Under the pieces are notes generated by a model that worked only from the letters and a program-made list of their open reading frames with translations, was not told where the DNA came from and did not search any database. From the human T2T-CHM13v2.0 reference genome, Homo sapiens, in the NCBI RefSeq assembly GCF_009914755.1, contig NC_060932.1: a stretch of 64,000 nucleotides of DNA; one strand, 5' to 3'. Below are positions 44,594-59,184 of this stretch, piece by piece (positions within the stretch are counted from its first letter, which is position 1; each line of letters opens with the position of its first letter). Both the position numbers and the translations under genes were made by a program.

Positions 44594-47500
44594 GTAATTA
44601 ATTAATCCATCAAAATCCACAATTTAGTCTGAAAACTACAAAATAGTGCTGAAATAAAGAGTAATTAAGTAAATCAAAAGATGTTTTGTACTCGTAGATT
44701 GGATAATTCAATATTGTTTAGATGAAAATATAACCTAAATCTATCTACAGATTCAATGAAGCCCTTATTAAAATCCCAGATGATTTGTTTGCATAAATTG
44801 ACAAGCTGATCTTAAAATGTATATAAAATTCAACAGACCCCAAAACGTCAAAATGATATTGAAAAAAAGAACAAATTTAAAGGACTTAGGTTTCCAAATT
44901 CCAGAACTTAATACAAAGTTATGAACAATGTGGTACCAGCATACACATAATCATTTAGATTAATGAATAGACTTGAGAGTTAAAAAATAAATCCATACAT
45001 CTATGAGTAACTTTTTTTCAACAAAGGTGAGAAGATTATTCATTGGGGAAAGAATAATCTTTTCAACTAAAAGTACTGAGACAACTGGATATCTACATTC
45101 AAATGAGTGAAATTGGACCCCTACCTCAAACATGTACAAAAATTAACTCAAAGTGCTTCAATTACCTGAATGTAAGAACTTAATCTATAAAACTCTTAGA
45201 AGAAACTTAAGAGTAAATCTTTATGGTCATGGATTAGGAGCTTTTTAAATATAACATCAAAAGTAGGAGGGAAAAAAAGAACAAAACAGAAATACCAGAC
45301 ATCACTAAATTTAAAAGTTATGGGTTTCAAAGGAAGTCATCATGAATGTGAAAAGACAACCTTCAGAATGGGAGAAAAATTTTGCAAGCTATCTTATAAG
45401 AGACTTGGATCCACAATAGGTAAAGAATGGTTATCACCCAATAATAAAAAGACAACCTAATTAAAAATAAAAAAGACGCTTCTCCAAAGAAGATATAAAA
45501 ATAGCTAATAAGCACATGAGTAAGCACATGAGTAAGTGCCCAACAGCATTAGTCATTAGGGAATAGGAAACCATTTGTTTTATTCATTAGCTGATTTATT
45601 AGGAAAATCTCTAGAGACTTTAAGTGCTTAGTTTTTTATACCTCATTAGTTTTGCTTGTGTTGCTGGGGAGTAGGTCTGTGAAACTCCTTGCACTGTCAT
45701 TGTAGAAATGGAAACCTTTACAGCACTTCTTTTTGACATGATAAACGTATTCTGGAATTAGTAGGACTGATGGTTGCAGCGTCTTGTGAATATACAAAGG
45801 ATCACTGAATTTAACATTTTAAATAGTGAATTTTAAGGTACGTAAATTTTATGTCAAGTGTTTGTATAAAATTAACAGAACAAAAGGAGAAACAGAAAAA
45901 TTCAAAATCATATTGATGACCTTAACATACCACTTTATATGACAGGAAAAGCAAGATAAAAACAATGTAAGGATACCATTCTGAAAAGTACAATTCAACT
46001 TTTTTAGCAGAGTTGCATGACAGAACTTTATTCCCATTGATAAGAGACTTCACAAATTCGAAAATAGGTTGAGATCAGTAATCCAGGTCAACTATATTTT
46101 AAACTGATGAATAATGATGATATGGAAATGCACACTTGTAGGTTGTAATTAAAGTTCTCCAAGAGATAGTCATAACTTGAATGCTTATATTAAAGAAATA
46201 AAATTTGAAATTAGCTAGCCTCAACACTTCCAACTCACAAAGCAAAGAAACAAATAGCAAATCTCGCCCTCTTTCCACCTTTCCCCACAAGAAGGCAGAA
46301 AATAATGGAAGATAAGACAAATAAATGAAATAGACAAACAATAGAGAAAATTAACAAATCCAAAAGCTGATTATTTTAAAGATTAATATAATTTATGTAA
46401 AAAATAAAACATAAGGAAAATATTGTGAAGAGTTCTACTAACAAAAAATAAGATGACATTGTGAAAAACTATACACCAATATATTTTTTAATGTGAAGAA
46501 AATGCACACATTTCTTGAAAAAATGATTACATCTTATCTAACATAAGAAAAAATAGAAAATTTAAGTAGTCCACTATTTATTAAGAAATTAAATGTATTT
46601 TCTACACAGGAAATTTCTATCTCAATTACATCTACTAGTGAATGTTCCCAACATAAAACCAAATAACACATTAAAAAACCTTTTCTAACTAAAACAGAAA
46701 AGGATATTTCTTAAAAATTGTTATAAAAATCACCATTTTACATAATCTTGTGAGAACGTTGATTCATATTATAATAAGGGAAATTATTAATCTATTTTTA
46801 TATACATAAATTACCAATATATTTAATGTATTGATAAGCCATACCCAGAAACATAGTGTTCTATAATCAAATATTGACTTTTATATTATTTCTGCTCTGT
46901 GCATACTATTTTTTCTTTTAAAATTTTTCTTTTGCAACTAAAAGCCTTTTTTTCTATATTACCAATGAGTAAAAGTTGAGGTCTATATTTTATAATGTGT
47001 ATCTTATTATAATAATTACTTTGTTTAGGTCTTCTCTGTAATTATTTTTCATTTGAAATGTCTTCAACTTAGAGTAATAAGTTAAAGTCTTTTATTTTGA
47101 GTAGGTATTGTCTGATTTTCTATCGTTTCCTTTGCTTCTTGTAGTTTCTACTTCAGAAACTTCACTGCTATGTAATTTGTTGGATAGATATTTAGAACTG
47201 GTACACAATCATTGTGATTCCTAACCTTTAACACTGTAAATCTGTCTCATTTAATGCTTTGGAGGATAAATTCTACATTGCCAGATAAACCTTTTTTTTC
47301 TTTGTGTTTGCATTTGGGATATGTTTTGTTGATCATTTTATTTCAGCCTCTCTAAATCAATTTATTTTAGGTTTATCTCTTGCTTAAAGCGCATAAATGT
47401 AACACAGAGAAAAAAACTGAGTATAGAAAGTTAATATAGTAAGACAACAAACAACAACAACAAAAATAAATTGAAACTTTCCAACAGATGAAAATACTTC

Positions 47501-49775
47501 CTTCCAAGAAGCTCAAAATGGAGGCATTTGACTATAGCATTTATACTATGTGTATAATATAAATGTAATCTAAACTGTAATTGAGAAATTGCTTACATTA
47601 AAGAGAACAAGAAATTCAAAATCAGAATATAAATGAAGAAAAATGTCATTTGAACACTAAATTTGAAAAAGAAATTGAAGAAATGACGAAGTGATCTCAG
47701 AATTAAAGATAAATTGTAAAATGTTCGATGTAAAATATACATGAAAAAAGCACAGTAAGGAGCACAGTGATAGAAATGAAAAGAGCAAATAAAAGGACAG
47801 TGGTAGACACTGGCAACAGACAAATATTTCAGAATTTGAAGATCCTGAAGGAGTAAAATAATACAATGTAATAAAAATGTACACATATACATATATACAT
47901 ATATATAATTTTTATGTGAAAAAATATATCCTAATGCTCTAAAAATTAACCAATCAATAAAATGTAAATAGACAATTTGGGTACGTATTTTTATAATTAA
48001 CCAAACAGTATTTAAATGCAGAAATAGTCAAATCATATTATTTACTCAAAATTTCTGTGACAATTTATTTTATAATAGTAGATATTGAGTTTTAGCAATT
48101 TTTACTTAAAAAAAGTATATGAAATATGTTCTATGTTATAAAGCATTTAGTTAGCATTGGCAATTTAAGATAAATAAGATGTCCTGAAAAACCTTTAGGA
48201 TTTAATTCACTTAAATTCCCCCAAATATTTCTATCATTCCATTCTATGTTAATAATTTCCTAACCTTAGCATAATTATATCAGTTAACTGCTTTTAGGTA
48301 TAAGCATTTTTTTTTGTTTCAGCAGCACATTGTAAAATTGTTTTTAGGAAAGAATCAGTGTGCTGAATAGTACTTCACATGTTAATAAAATAAATATGAT
48401 TTTTATTAGATCAATGCATTAAAGAAAATCTGTGAATCGTACTGCCCATGTATGATGTCGAATGTTTGCAAATCTCCTTTGGGAGAGTGAACAAAATAAA
48501 AGAGCTAAACATCCTAGAGAAATATGAGTTGAGAGGACAATAATAGAAATAGCTGCAAAAGAAAGACATGGATGACTTTGGAGAGAACCTGTCTAATTCC
48601 TTCAATGGGAATTGGTGGCAAGTAATATTCTTATGTTTTCTTCCAACTTTATAAATCAGACTTAAGCATGTAACTAAACATAAGATTATGTTATATTATT
48701 AGGTATACATTAGTGTATTAGTTAAGATGTAACTAAATACAAAGACAAAAATTACTCCATTCAGCTTCTAGTTCAGCTTCTCTAGTTATTCCCAAATTCC
48801 TTTTTGCATCTTTCAGTTTTGCATCACTCCAGTTTGAGGGGGTTAGTGGAGGGTGAATGAAAGTTTGTTGGAAGAAACTGAGGGAAAAAATGATGATAGC
48901 ACAAATAATTTTTCCATTACTTTTAGAAGATCCCATTTTAATAATCCCCAAATCTATTTCTGTTTGTCTCTCTCAGGCATCATTGTTGGCATTACTATGT
49001 CACGATTGAGATGAGAGATCTTGAGGTAATCTATGAACATTCTGGTAAATTTTAATATGATAAAAAAGCTACTAATGCAATATATATGCTGCTGAGTAAA
49101 TGTGAGTTTACAGATAAGCTAGTTTATATGGATAAAAACATATATATATATTGCAAATGATCACATTTCCTCAGCCATCTGTTCCTTAAATATTAGGACT
49201 TATGCGCAGTTTCAACATCTGTGTATTCACATATATTTCTGTACAGCGCCGGCAAAATGCTGACAAAAGGGGAAAACAACAACAACAAAAAACCAATGGA
49301 ATTTCAAAGGACTTTGCTTTTTTGCATTTATGTAGATTTATCTCCTGCTTCTAAAGTACATCTGTTGTATTTACTGAAATTCTAAAACTAGTCAAAATTC
49401 TTCTGAGAACAAAACTGCATTTAAATTAAATTTCAAATGCTGTGTAAATTCATAAACTTATTTTCAAACAGATGTACCTCATTGAACTAGATATTTGACT
49501 ATCAGTAAGATACTTTGCATAAGCAATACACTGCCATCCAGTTTTTTAAAAGGTATTACTAATAAACCTCAAATAACTAAGGCAGTCACTTCCTGTGGAT
49601 ATTTTTTTCTAATTGGGAAAAAACTGCACATACAAACACACACACGTCATCACCCAAATAAAGAAGCAAATGTAATGTCTGAAATTAATATCTCTGAAGA
49701 GCCTCACAAATATAGAATTCTTCTATACTTGCAATTTAAAAAAGAGAAGAGATAATGGAAAAGAAAGGAAGAGAG

Positions 49776-52700
49776 AATTTGGATGGAAAGAGCAGCATGT
49801 GGAGACTTGCATCGTGAACTTTTGCTCCAAGATAGACTGTAGGAATATACCAGGAAAGCCAAGAGAATCCACAGACCCTTTGAAGGAAGTGAATTTCTCC
49901 TGTAGGACCTGGGAGACGGTCCAAATACTGTGTGCCCAAACTGTGAAAGTGGGAAGTGGGGATCATCCACCCTCAGACACACATCTTCCCTGGGGAACCT
50001 GAAGGTCCAGATCACAGGAGGAGAATTTGACCTTACCTGGAGCTGAGACAATTTAGAGAGCCAAGTGAAATACAGGGGTAGAAGAAGCAACAGGAAAAGC
50101 CCTGTGGGCTCTCTGGGTTCCCAGGGAAGCCATTTCTGACTTGTCTCAGGGGTCCTTGGGGAGGGCTGCAGAGGAACTGGGAAAAGACCACAGAAAGAAG
50201 GAAACCTCCAGCTGAACTTTGTAACAATTCCAATTGAATGCAAAGATTCCTGGCCAGAACTCGAGAGGGCATGAATCTCGTGTACAGACTCAACAGGTAG
50301 GGAGGCGCAAAATCCCTGTTTGCTTTCTCAGCCTAGGGGCTAGTAGCCTGGGGCAAGTTCTCAGCCCTGCTTGCCCACTGCCTGGAAACAAACTCGATGC
50401 TGTTGAGGTGGCCACAGTGTGAGTGAGGCTGGCCTTTGGGGTTGCGTGGGAACTGGGTGAGGCCTGTAACTGCTGCTTTCTCCCACTTCCCTGACAACCT
50501 GCATGACACAGCAAGGCAGCCATAATCCTTCTGGGAATATAATTCCATTGACCTGGGAACCACACCTTCATCCCCCATAGCAGCCACAGCAAGCCCTACC
50601 TAAGAAGAGTCTGAGCTCAGACATGCATATCTCTGCCACCACCTGATAGTGCTGCCCTACTGACCCTGGTAGAGGAAGACAAAGGTCATATTCTCTTGGC
50701 AGCCCTAGGGCCTTGCCTATACTTCCACAGCTGATGCTCTCTTGAAAGCATCACCTCCTGGCAGGAGGCCAACCAGCACAAAACTAGTGCATTCAACAAC
50801 TAAAACTAAGGACCCTCACAAAATCCATTTTACTCCCCTGCCACCTCCATCAGAGCAGGTTCTGGTATTTATGGCTGAGAGACCTGAAGATGGTTCACAT
50901 CACAGGACTCTGTGCAGACACCTCCCAGTATCAGCCTGGAGCCTGGTAGTCCTGCTGGGTGGCTAGATCCAGAAGAAAAATAACAATCACTACAGTTTGG
51001 CTCTCAGTTAGCCACATCCCTAGGAAAAAGGGGAGAGTACAACATCAAGGGAGTACCCCGTGGGAAAAAAGAATCTTTACAGCAGCCTTGAGCCCTGTAT
51101 CTTCCCTCTGACAGCCTACTCAAATGAGAAGGAAACAAACAAACAAAAAAACAATTCTGGTAATATGACAAAACAGGGTTCTTTAACACCCCCCAAAAAT
51201 CACAGCAGCTTACCAGCAATGGACCCAAACCAAGAAGAAATCCCTGAATTGCCAGAAAAATAATTCAGAAGGTCAATTATTAAGTTCATCAAGGAGACAC
51301 TAAAGAATGGTGAAGTACAACTTAAGGAAATCAAAAAATACACAAGATGTGAGGGGATAAATCTTTAGTGAAACAGTAGCATAAATAAAAAACAATCACA
51401 ACTTCAGGAAACAAAGGACACTCTTAGAGTAATGGAAAATGCACTGGAAAGGCTCCACAACAGAATTGAACAATTCTTCTTACAGAAGAAAGAATTTCAG
51501 AGCTTGAAGACAAGGTTTTGAAATAACTCAATCCAATAAAGACAAAGAAAAAAGAATAAACAAAGAAACAAAAAATGAACAAAGCCTCTAAGAAGTGTGG
51601 GAATATGTTAGATGACCAAAGCTAATAATTGGTGTTCCTGTGGAAGAAGAGAAATCTGGAAGTTTGGAAAACATATTTGGGGGAATAATCGAGGAAAACT
51701 TTTCTGGTCTTGCTAGAGATCTAGACATCCAAATACAGGAAGCTCAAAGAATACCTGGGGAATTTGTTGCAAAAAGATCATTGCCGAGGCATATAGTCAT
51801 CAGGTTATAAAAAGTTAAGACAAAGGACAGAATCTTAAGAGCTGTGAAGCAAAAGTACCAGATAACCTAAAAAGAAAAACCTATCAGATTAACAGCAGAT
51901 TGTCAGCAGAAACCCTGTAAGCTAGAAGAGATTGGGGCCCTATCTTCAGCCTCCTTAAACAAAACAATTTTCAGCTGAGAATTTTGTATCCAGCAAAACT
52001 AAGTTTCATAAATGTAGGGAAGATACAGTCTTTTTCAGACAAACAAATGCTGAGAGAATTCACGACTACCAAGCCAGCACCACAGTAACTGCTAAAAGGA
52101 GCTCTAAATCTTGAAACAAATCCCAGAAACACATCAAAACAAGACCTCTTTAAAGCATGAATTTCACAGGACCTATAAAACAAAAATACAATTAAAAAAA
52201 CCAAGGTGTTCAGGCAACAAACAGCACAATGAATGGACTAGTACCTTACATCTTAATATTAACATTGAATGTAAATGACCTAAATGCTCCACTTAAAAGA
52301 TACAGAATTACAAAATGGATAATAATTCACTAAGTATTTGCTTCAAGAGACTCACCTAAGACAAAAGGACTCACATACAGTCAGGTAAAGGGGTGGAAAA
52401 AGACATTCCATGTAAATGGACACCAAAAGTGAGCAGGAGTAGCTATTCTTACATCAAACAAAACAAACTTTAAAGCAACAGCAGTTAAAAAAGACAAAGA
52501 GGGACATTAATTACATAATGATAAAAGGCCTTGTCCAACAGGAAAATATCACAATCCTAAATATATATGCACCTAACACTGGAGCTCCCAAGTTTATAAA
52601 ACAATTACTACTAGACCTAAGAAATTTGATAAACAACATCACGATAATAGTGAAGGACTTCAATGCTCCACTAACAGCACTAGACAGGTCATCAAGACAG

Positions 52701-55700
52701 AAAGTCAACAAAGAAACAATGGATTTAAACTATACACAAGAACAAATAGACTTAAAAGATATTTACAGAACATTCTACCTAACAACCACAGAATACACAT
52801 TCTATTCATCAGTGCATGGAACTTTCTCCATGATAGACCACATCATAGGCCACAAAACAAGTCTCAATAAATTTAAGAAAATTGAAATTATATCAAGTAC
52901 TCTCTCAGATCAAGTAGAATAAAATTGAAAATTAACTCAAACGAACTTTCAAAATTATGCAAATTAAATAACCTGCTCCTGAATGATCATTGGGTCAACA
53001 ATGAAATCAAGATGGATATTAAAAATTCTTTGAACTGAAAGATAATAGTGACACAACCTATCAAAACCTCTGGGACACAGCAAAGTTACTGCTAAGAGGA
53101 AAGTTCATACACTAAATGCCTACATCAAAAAGTCTCAAAGAGCACAAAAGACAATCTAAGGTCACACCTCAAGGTACTAGAGAAACAAGAACAAACCAAA
53201 CCCAAACCCAGCAGAAGAAAAGAAATAATCAAGAGCAGAGCAGAACTAAATGAAATTGAAACACAAAAAGACAATACAAAAGATAATTAAAACAAAAAGC
53301 TGGTTCTTTGAAAAAGATAAATAAAATCAATAGATCATTAGCAAGATTAGCCAAGAAAAGAAGAGAGAAGATCCAAATAAGCTCAATTAGAAATGAAATG
53401 GGAGATATTACAACTGATACCACAGAAATACAAAAGATCTTTCAAGGCTGCTATGAACACCTTTATACTCATAAACTATAAAACCTAAAGAAGATGCATA
53501 AATCCCTGGAAATACACAACCCTCCTATCTTAAATCAGAAATAATTAGAAACCTTAAATTGACCAATAACAAGCAGCAACATTGAAATTATAATAAAAGA
53601 ATACCAACAAAAAATGTCCAGGACCAGACGGATTCACAGCTGAATTCTATCAGACATTCAAGGAAGAACTAGTATCAATCCTATTGACACTGTTCCACAA
53701 GATAGAGAAAGAGGAAATCTTCCTTAAATAATTCCATGAAGCTAATATCACCCTAAAACCAAACACCAGGAAAGAACATAACAACAACAACAACAACAAA
53801 ACTACAGACTAATATCCCTGATGAACACAGGTGCAAAAATTCTTTAACAAAATACTAGCTAACCAAATTAAACAGCATATCAAAACATAATCCACCATGA
53901 TCAAGTGGGTTTCATATCAGAGATGCAGGGATGGTTTAACATATGCAAGTCAATAAATGTGCTACACCACATAAACAGAATTAAAAACAAAAATCACATG
54001 ATTATCTCCTGCATGATTATCTCAGTAGACATGGAAAAAAGTATTTGACCAAATTTAGCATCCCTTTATGATTAAAACCCTCATCAAAATTGGCATATGA
54101 AGGACATACCTCCAAGTAACAAAAGTCATCTATGACAAACCCATAGCCAACATAATACTGAACCAGGAAAAGTTGAAAGCATTCCTTCTGAGAACTAGAA
54201 CAAGACGAGGATGCTCAATGTCACCATTTCTATTCAACATAGTACTGGAAGTCCTAACCAGAGCAATCAGACAAGAGAAAAACGTAAAGGTCATCCAAAT
54301 TGGTAAAGAGGAAGTCAAACTGTCACTGTTTGCTAATGTTATGATTGTAAACCTAGGAAATCCTAAAGACTCCTCCATAAAGCTCCTAGAACTGATAAAT
54401 GAATTTAGCAAAGTTTCAGGATACAAAATTAATGTACACAAAGCAGTAGCTCTCGTATACCAACAGCAGCCAAGCTGAGAATCAAATAAATAATTCAAAA
54501 CCTTTTACAATAGCTACAAAAAATGAAATACTTAAGAATACACCTAACCAAGGACATGAAAGACCTCTACAAGGAAAACTACAAAACACTGCTAGAAGAA
54601 ATCATAGATGACAGAAACAAATGGAAACACATCTCATGCTCATAGATGGGTAGAATCAATACTGTGAAAACAACTGAACTGCCAAAAGCAATCTACAAAT
54701 TCAGTGCAATTCAAAATGCCACTATCATTCTTCACAGAACTAGAAAAAACAATCCTAAAATATGTAACCAAAAAGGAGCTTGCATAGCCAAAGCAAGACT
54801 AAGCAGAAAGAACAAATCAAATCTGGAGGCATGACATTACCTGACTTCAAACTGTGCTATAAGCCCATAGTCACCAAAACAGCATGGTGGTGGTATAAAA
54901 ATAGGCATATAGACTAATAGAACAGAATAGAGAACCCAGAAATAAACCCAAAAACGTACAGCCAACTGATCTTTGACAAAGCAAGCAAAAACATAAAATG
55001 AAGAAAGGACACCCTATTTATCAAATGATGCTGGGATAATTGGCAAGCCACAGGTAGAAAAATGAAACTGGATCCTCATCTCTCACCTTATACAAAAATC
55101 AACTTAAGATGGGTCAAATACTTAAATTTAAGACCCGAAACTATATAAATTCTAGAAGACAACTTCAGAAAAACCCTTGTAGACATGGCTTAGGCAAAGA
55201 TTTTATGACCAAAAACTCAAAAATAAATGCAACCAAAACAAAGATAAATAGCTGAGAATTAAACTAAAGAGCTCTGCACAGCAAAAGTATCAGTCAGCAA
55301 AGTAAACAACAACCCACAGAGTGGGAGAAAATATTCACAGTCTATATATCTGACAAAGAACTAATATCCAGAATCTACAAGGAACTCAAATTAGCAAGAA
55401 AAAAAAACAAATAATTCCATCAAAATGCTCAGCATCACTAATGATCAGGAAAATGCAAATCAAAACCACAGTGCGATCATCTTACTCCTGCAAGAATGGC
55501 TATAATAAAAAATTCAAAAAATAATGGATGCTGGTGTGGATGCAGTGAAAAGAGAACACTTCTACACTGCTGGTGGGAATGTAAACTAGTACAGCCACTG
55601 TGGAAAACAGCGCGGAGATTCCTTAAAGAACTAAAAGTAGAACTACCATTTGATCCAGTAATCCCACTACTCGGCTCCTACCATTTGATCCAGCAGTCCA

Positions 55701-56219
55701 TTACTGGTTATCTAGCCAGAGGAAAAGAAGTCATTATGTGAAGAAAATACTTTGCACACCCATGCTTATAGCAGCACAATTCACAAATTCAAAAATATGG
55801 AACCAGTCCAAATGCCCATCAATCAACGAATGGATAAAGAAATTGTGATATATGTGTCATGTATCATATATGAATACTACTCAGCCACAAAAATGAATGA
55901 ATTAATGGCATCCTGGATGGAACTGGAGACGATTCTAAGTGAGTAACTCAGGAAAGGAAAACCAAACATTGTTTGTTATCACTCATGATTGGGAGCTAAG
56001 CTATGAGGATGCAAAGGCATAAGAATGATACAATGGACTTTGAGGACTCAGGAGGAAAGGGTGGGAGGGGGTGAGGGATAAAAGACTACGAATTGGGTTC
56101 AGTGTATACTGCTTGGGTGATGGGTGCACCAAAATCTCACAAATAACCACTAAGGAACTTACTCATGTAACCAAATACCACCTGTTCCTCAAAAGCCTAT
56201 GGAAATCAACAATTGAAAA
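49776..56219 (+). mobile_element. Near full-length L1PB1 (L1PBa-type 5'UTR, degenerate ORF1 ~51124, degenerate ORF2 ~52229, 3'UTR)
   Basis: agagcagcatgtggagacttgcatcgtgaacttttgctccaag 5' end; ORF2 motifs NIYAPNTGAPKF and SDQ; 3'UTR gagctaagctatgaggatgcaaaggcataagaatgatacaatggactt; 17-bp TSD aaaagaaaggaagagag at 49759-49775 and 56220-56236. Confidence 0.93.
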
Positions 56220-56502
56220 AAAAGAAAGGAAGAGAGGAAGAGAGAAAACAATGAAGAAAAAAAAAAGAAATGAAGGAGGAATAAAGTTGGGGAGTGGGAA
56301 GGAGGAGGTAAGAAAAGGGAAGGAGGAAGAAGAACAAAGGATGTGAGGGAGGGGAGGAAAGAGGAGAGTGAGAGGGAAAGGGTGTGAAGGAGAGATGGAA
56401 GATGGAGATAAAAAGAGAAGGAAAGAGAAAGAGGGAGTTAGAGAAAGGATTATAGAGAATGTTAGGCTAAAGAAAAGACAGAGAAGGGATGGAAAGGAAA
56501 AA
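56220..56502. repeat. GA-rich low-complexity tract
   Basis: Nearly pure purine strand over ~280 bp. Confidence 0.9.
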
Positions 56503-56587
56503 CAGTTCACAACAACTGAACTTATTCAGTGGTTCATAACAGAAATATTTGGAATTTTAAAAAATGTTATCATTTATTGTAAAATAT

Positions 56588-59184
56588 TATTATGGTATCA
56601 TTGATGGTATTGCTTTTCTGGCCGGAAACTTCTGTGGCTGGGGGCACTTTTGCCCAAGTTTTGCTCAGGCCCACTGGGCCCACTTGGCCTGGCAGGCTGA
56701 GCTCAGCTCATACTACTGGCCTGTATCCCACACCTCTGAAGACACTGGGACAGAGTGCCGAGGGGTATATGAGCAAGCAAGTGTGGGGTCCAGCCACTGT
56801 GCACAGTAAGGCACACCAGCTGCTGCAGTGGGGCAGGCAGCTCCATGTGCAGGCATAGGTACCAGCTCACTGTGAGGCTACGGTTGGACCAGGCGCACTG
56901 CAAGCAGCTTCCACAGCTGGCACCAGGAAATGCAGTGGTGCCTGAAATCTTGGAGACTCCAGGAATGAAGGGCCCAAAAGGGGGAGTCCCAGCCTTGACT
57001 CCAGGAGCTCCCAGGTCTGAGCTCCTCAAAGGGCCATAGCTCTTCTCTCCTTCTTTTCTTCTCTCTTCTCTCCTTCTTTTCTTCTCTCTTCTCTCCTTCT
57101 TTTCTTCTCTCTTCTCTCCTTCTTTTCTTCTTTCTTCTCTCCTTCTTTTCTTCTCTCTTCTCTCCTCCATGTTGTCTGCAGCCTGGCAAGCAAAAGGTGT
57201 ATTTCAGCCCTGTTTGTATTTCAGCTCTTTTAGCCCAGCCATTTGGCAGGTCCTCGGTCCTTGTCCTGCATCCAGGAATGATGAGGTAACCAGAGAAGTG
57301 GAGGGTGAGCAAGATAAACTGGAGCTTTATTGAGCAATAGAACAGCTCAGAGGAGACCCACAGTGGGCACCTCCTCTCAATAGTCAGGGTGTCCCAAAGA
57401 CTGTTCAGCTCTTGGCAGAGAGGGTAGCTACTCTCTGCAGCTAGTGATACCATTGTCTCTTTAGCTCTCAGCAGAGAGTAGGATATCTCCTCTCTGCTAG
57501 GCAAGTCATCCCAACAAATGTCCAGATCTCCGAAGAGGGTAGTTCCTCTCTGCAGCTGGTCATCCCATTGTCTCCCCATTATCTCTCCATCCTCTCTCTA
57601 CCCTCTCCATCCTCTCTTCCCATCTGGCTGAGGCAGAGGTTTTTATGGGCCTGAGTCCAAGATTTTTATGGGCCTCACAGAGGAGGAAGTGCATGTTGAT
57701 TGGTCCATGGGTAACCATGGGCAGCCATGGGCGGGCCCAGGGAAAAGTACAAGTTCCCATCTGGTCTGTGTGAGTGGCAGCCCAGGCCCCAGGCTTCAGG
57801 CCCTCTTTAGCTTGAAAGTGTAGCTTATCAGGGACCTGCCCCCTTCTGCCCAGGAGCCTGTCTGCCTTCTTCTGCTGTTCATGGCTGTTCATGCCAAGGG
57901 GCACCTGCAGGCCAGTGCCAAGCTGTCCGCATCCCCACCTTGGCCTCCCTCTCCTGCTTATCAGCACCCAAAATCCAGAGGTGGCTGAGGCGGCAGGGGG
58001 CTGGTGTGTCAGCGCTGCCCTGAGCATGTGCACACCCAGCCAGGCGTGACAGTGCCCGGGGTGGCCCAGACCTGCTCTGAGATCAGAGTAGGTGCCATCA
58101 GTGGGCAGAAGCCTTACAGTGGGAGCAGGCATCTATGAGCCTACAAGGGCCAGGGAGCATTCTGAGGCCCCCAAGAGCACAGAGATGCCCAGATGTGGAG
58201 CCCTGGCAGGGTGCTGCAGCTGCACCCAAGGAACTTCCATCCAGCCAACACAGATGGAGCAGGATTTCTGCTTGTCCCCAGCTCCTGCCAGCTTCGTGGA
58301 GAATGCAGTCCTGGCCACGTCTCCTTGCAGACTGGGGCATGGGCTCCAGGTCCTCCCTGGACCCCGGCTGGCCTCCTGGGGAGGGCAATGTTGCCATAAG
58401 CTGCCCCCAGCCCTGTGGCCACAGCCTCAAGGAAGGCCCAGGGTTCCCCATCACCTGGCTCATGGCCCTGCCCAGAGTGGGGCAAGAACCTTCAGGAGCC
58501 AATAGGGGCCTGAGCTTGGCCTTCAGGAGTGTCAGGCTCAGTAATTACCTCAATGCAGAGAGGACTCTGGGGACGTGGCTCCAGAAGTCACTACGCAGAG
58601 CCTTCTCCCAAGGCACAGGAACCTGGCACCCTCAGTGGGGTGGGTGTGGTGGCTGCGCTGCTGGCTGGGTCCCTGAAGTGGGCTCCACTTCCACTGCCCA
58701 CCCCAGGGCCCCTAGGCATGGCCCCAGCTCCATCCCCTGGGCCTCAGTGTGCAAGTGAAGCAACACCTCAGGCCCAGCTCCAACTCGGGGCCCCTTTCTG
58801 CCCAATGGTGCTGCTCCCCTTCTGGTGGGCCACTCGGCCAGGCTCCATCACAGCTGACCCCCAGGGTGGCAGGATCTGGGGGACTCCCAGAGGGAAGTGC
58901 CGGGGACTGTCCATCTCCTTCCCTTGCTCTCCCCACAGTGGGGGCAGGTGAGAGCAGTGACATGGGGCCAGGGTCTGGAGCAGTGGAGGCTCTGGGCAGA
59001 TACCCCAGGAACACGTGAGGGTGAGGGCAATGCAATCATCTGCCTTGAGGACGTGGGACACACAGGACGTGGGGCACAGGGGTCCCACGGCCGCCACTGC
59101 TGCTCCTGCCACAACTGCTCACTCCTCCCCACTGCAGCCGGAGCAATGGCAATGGCCACTTTGGACGGCCCACCGCTGACATCA
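56588..59184 (-). mobile_element. MER52 (ERV1) solo LTR, long variant of ~2.6 kb
   Basis: Minus strand starts tgatgtcagcggtgggccgtccaaagtggcc...gggacccctgtgcccc and ends gagcaaaacttgggcaaaagtgcccccagccacagaagtttccggcc; degenerate 4-bp TSD atat/atgt; GC-rich. Confidence 0.88.
57040..57166. repeat. 23-bp polypyrimidine tandem repeat, ~5.5 copies
   Basis: Unit ctcttctctccttcttttcttct, almost perfect. Confidence 0.95.

Noticed and set aside
57040-57166. Regular 23-bp repeats as a CRISPR-like array
   Set aside because: Head-to-tail low-complexity units with no spacers, in eukaryotic DNA.
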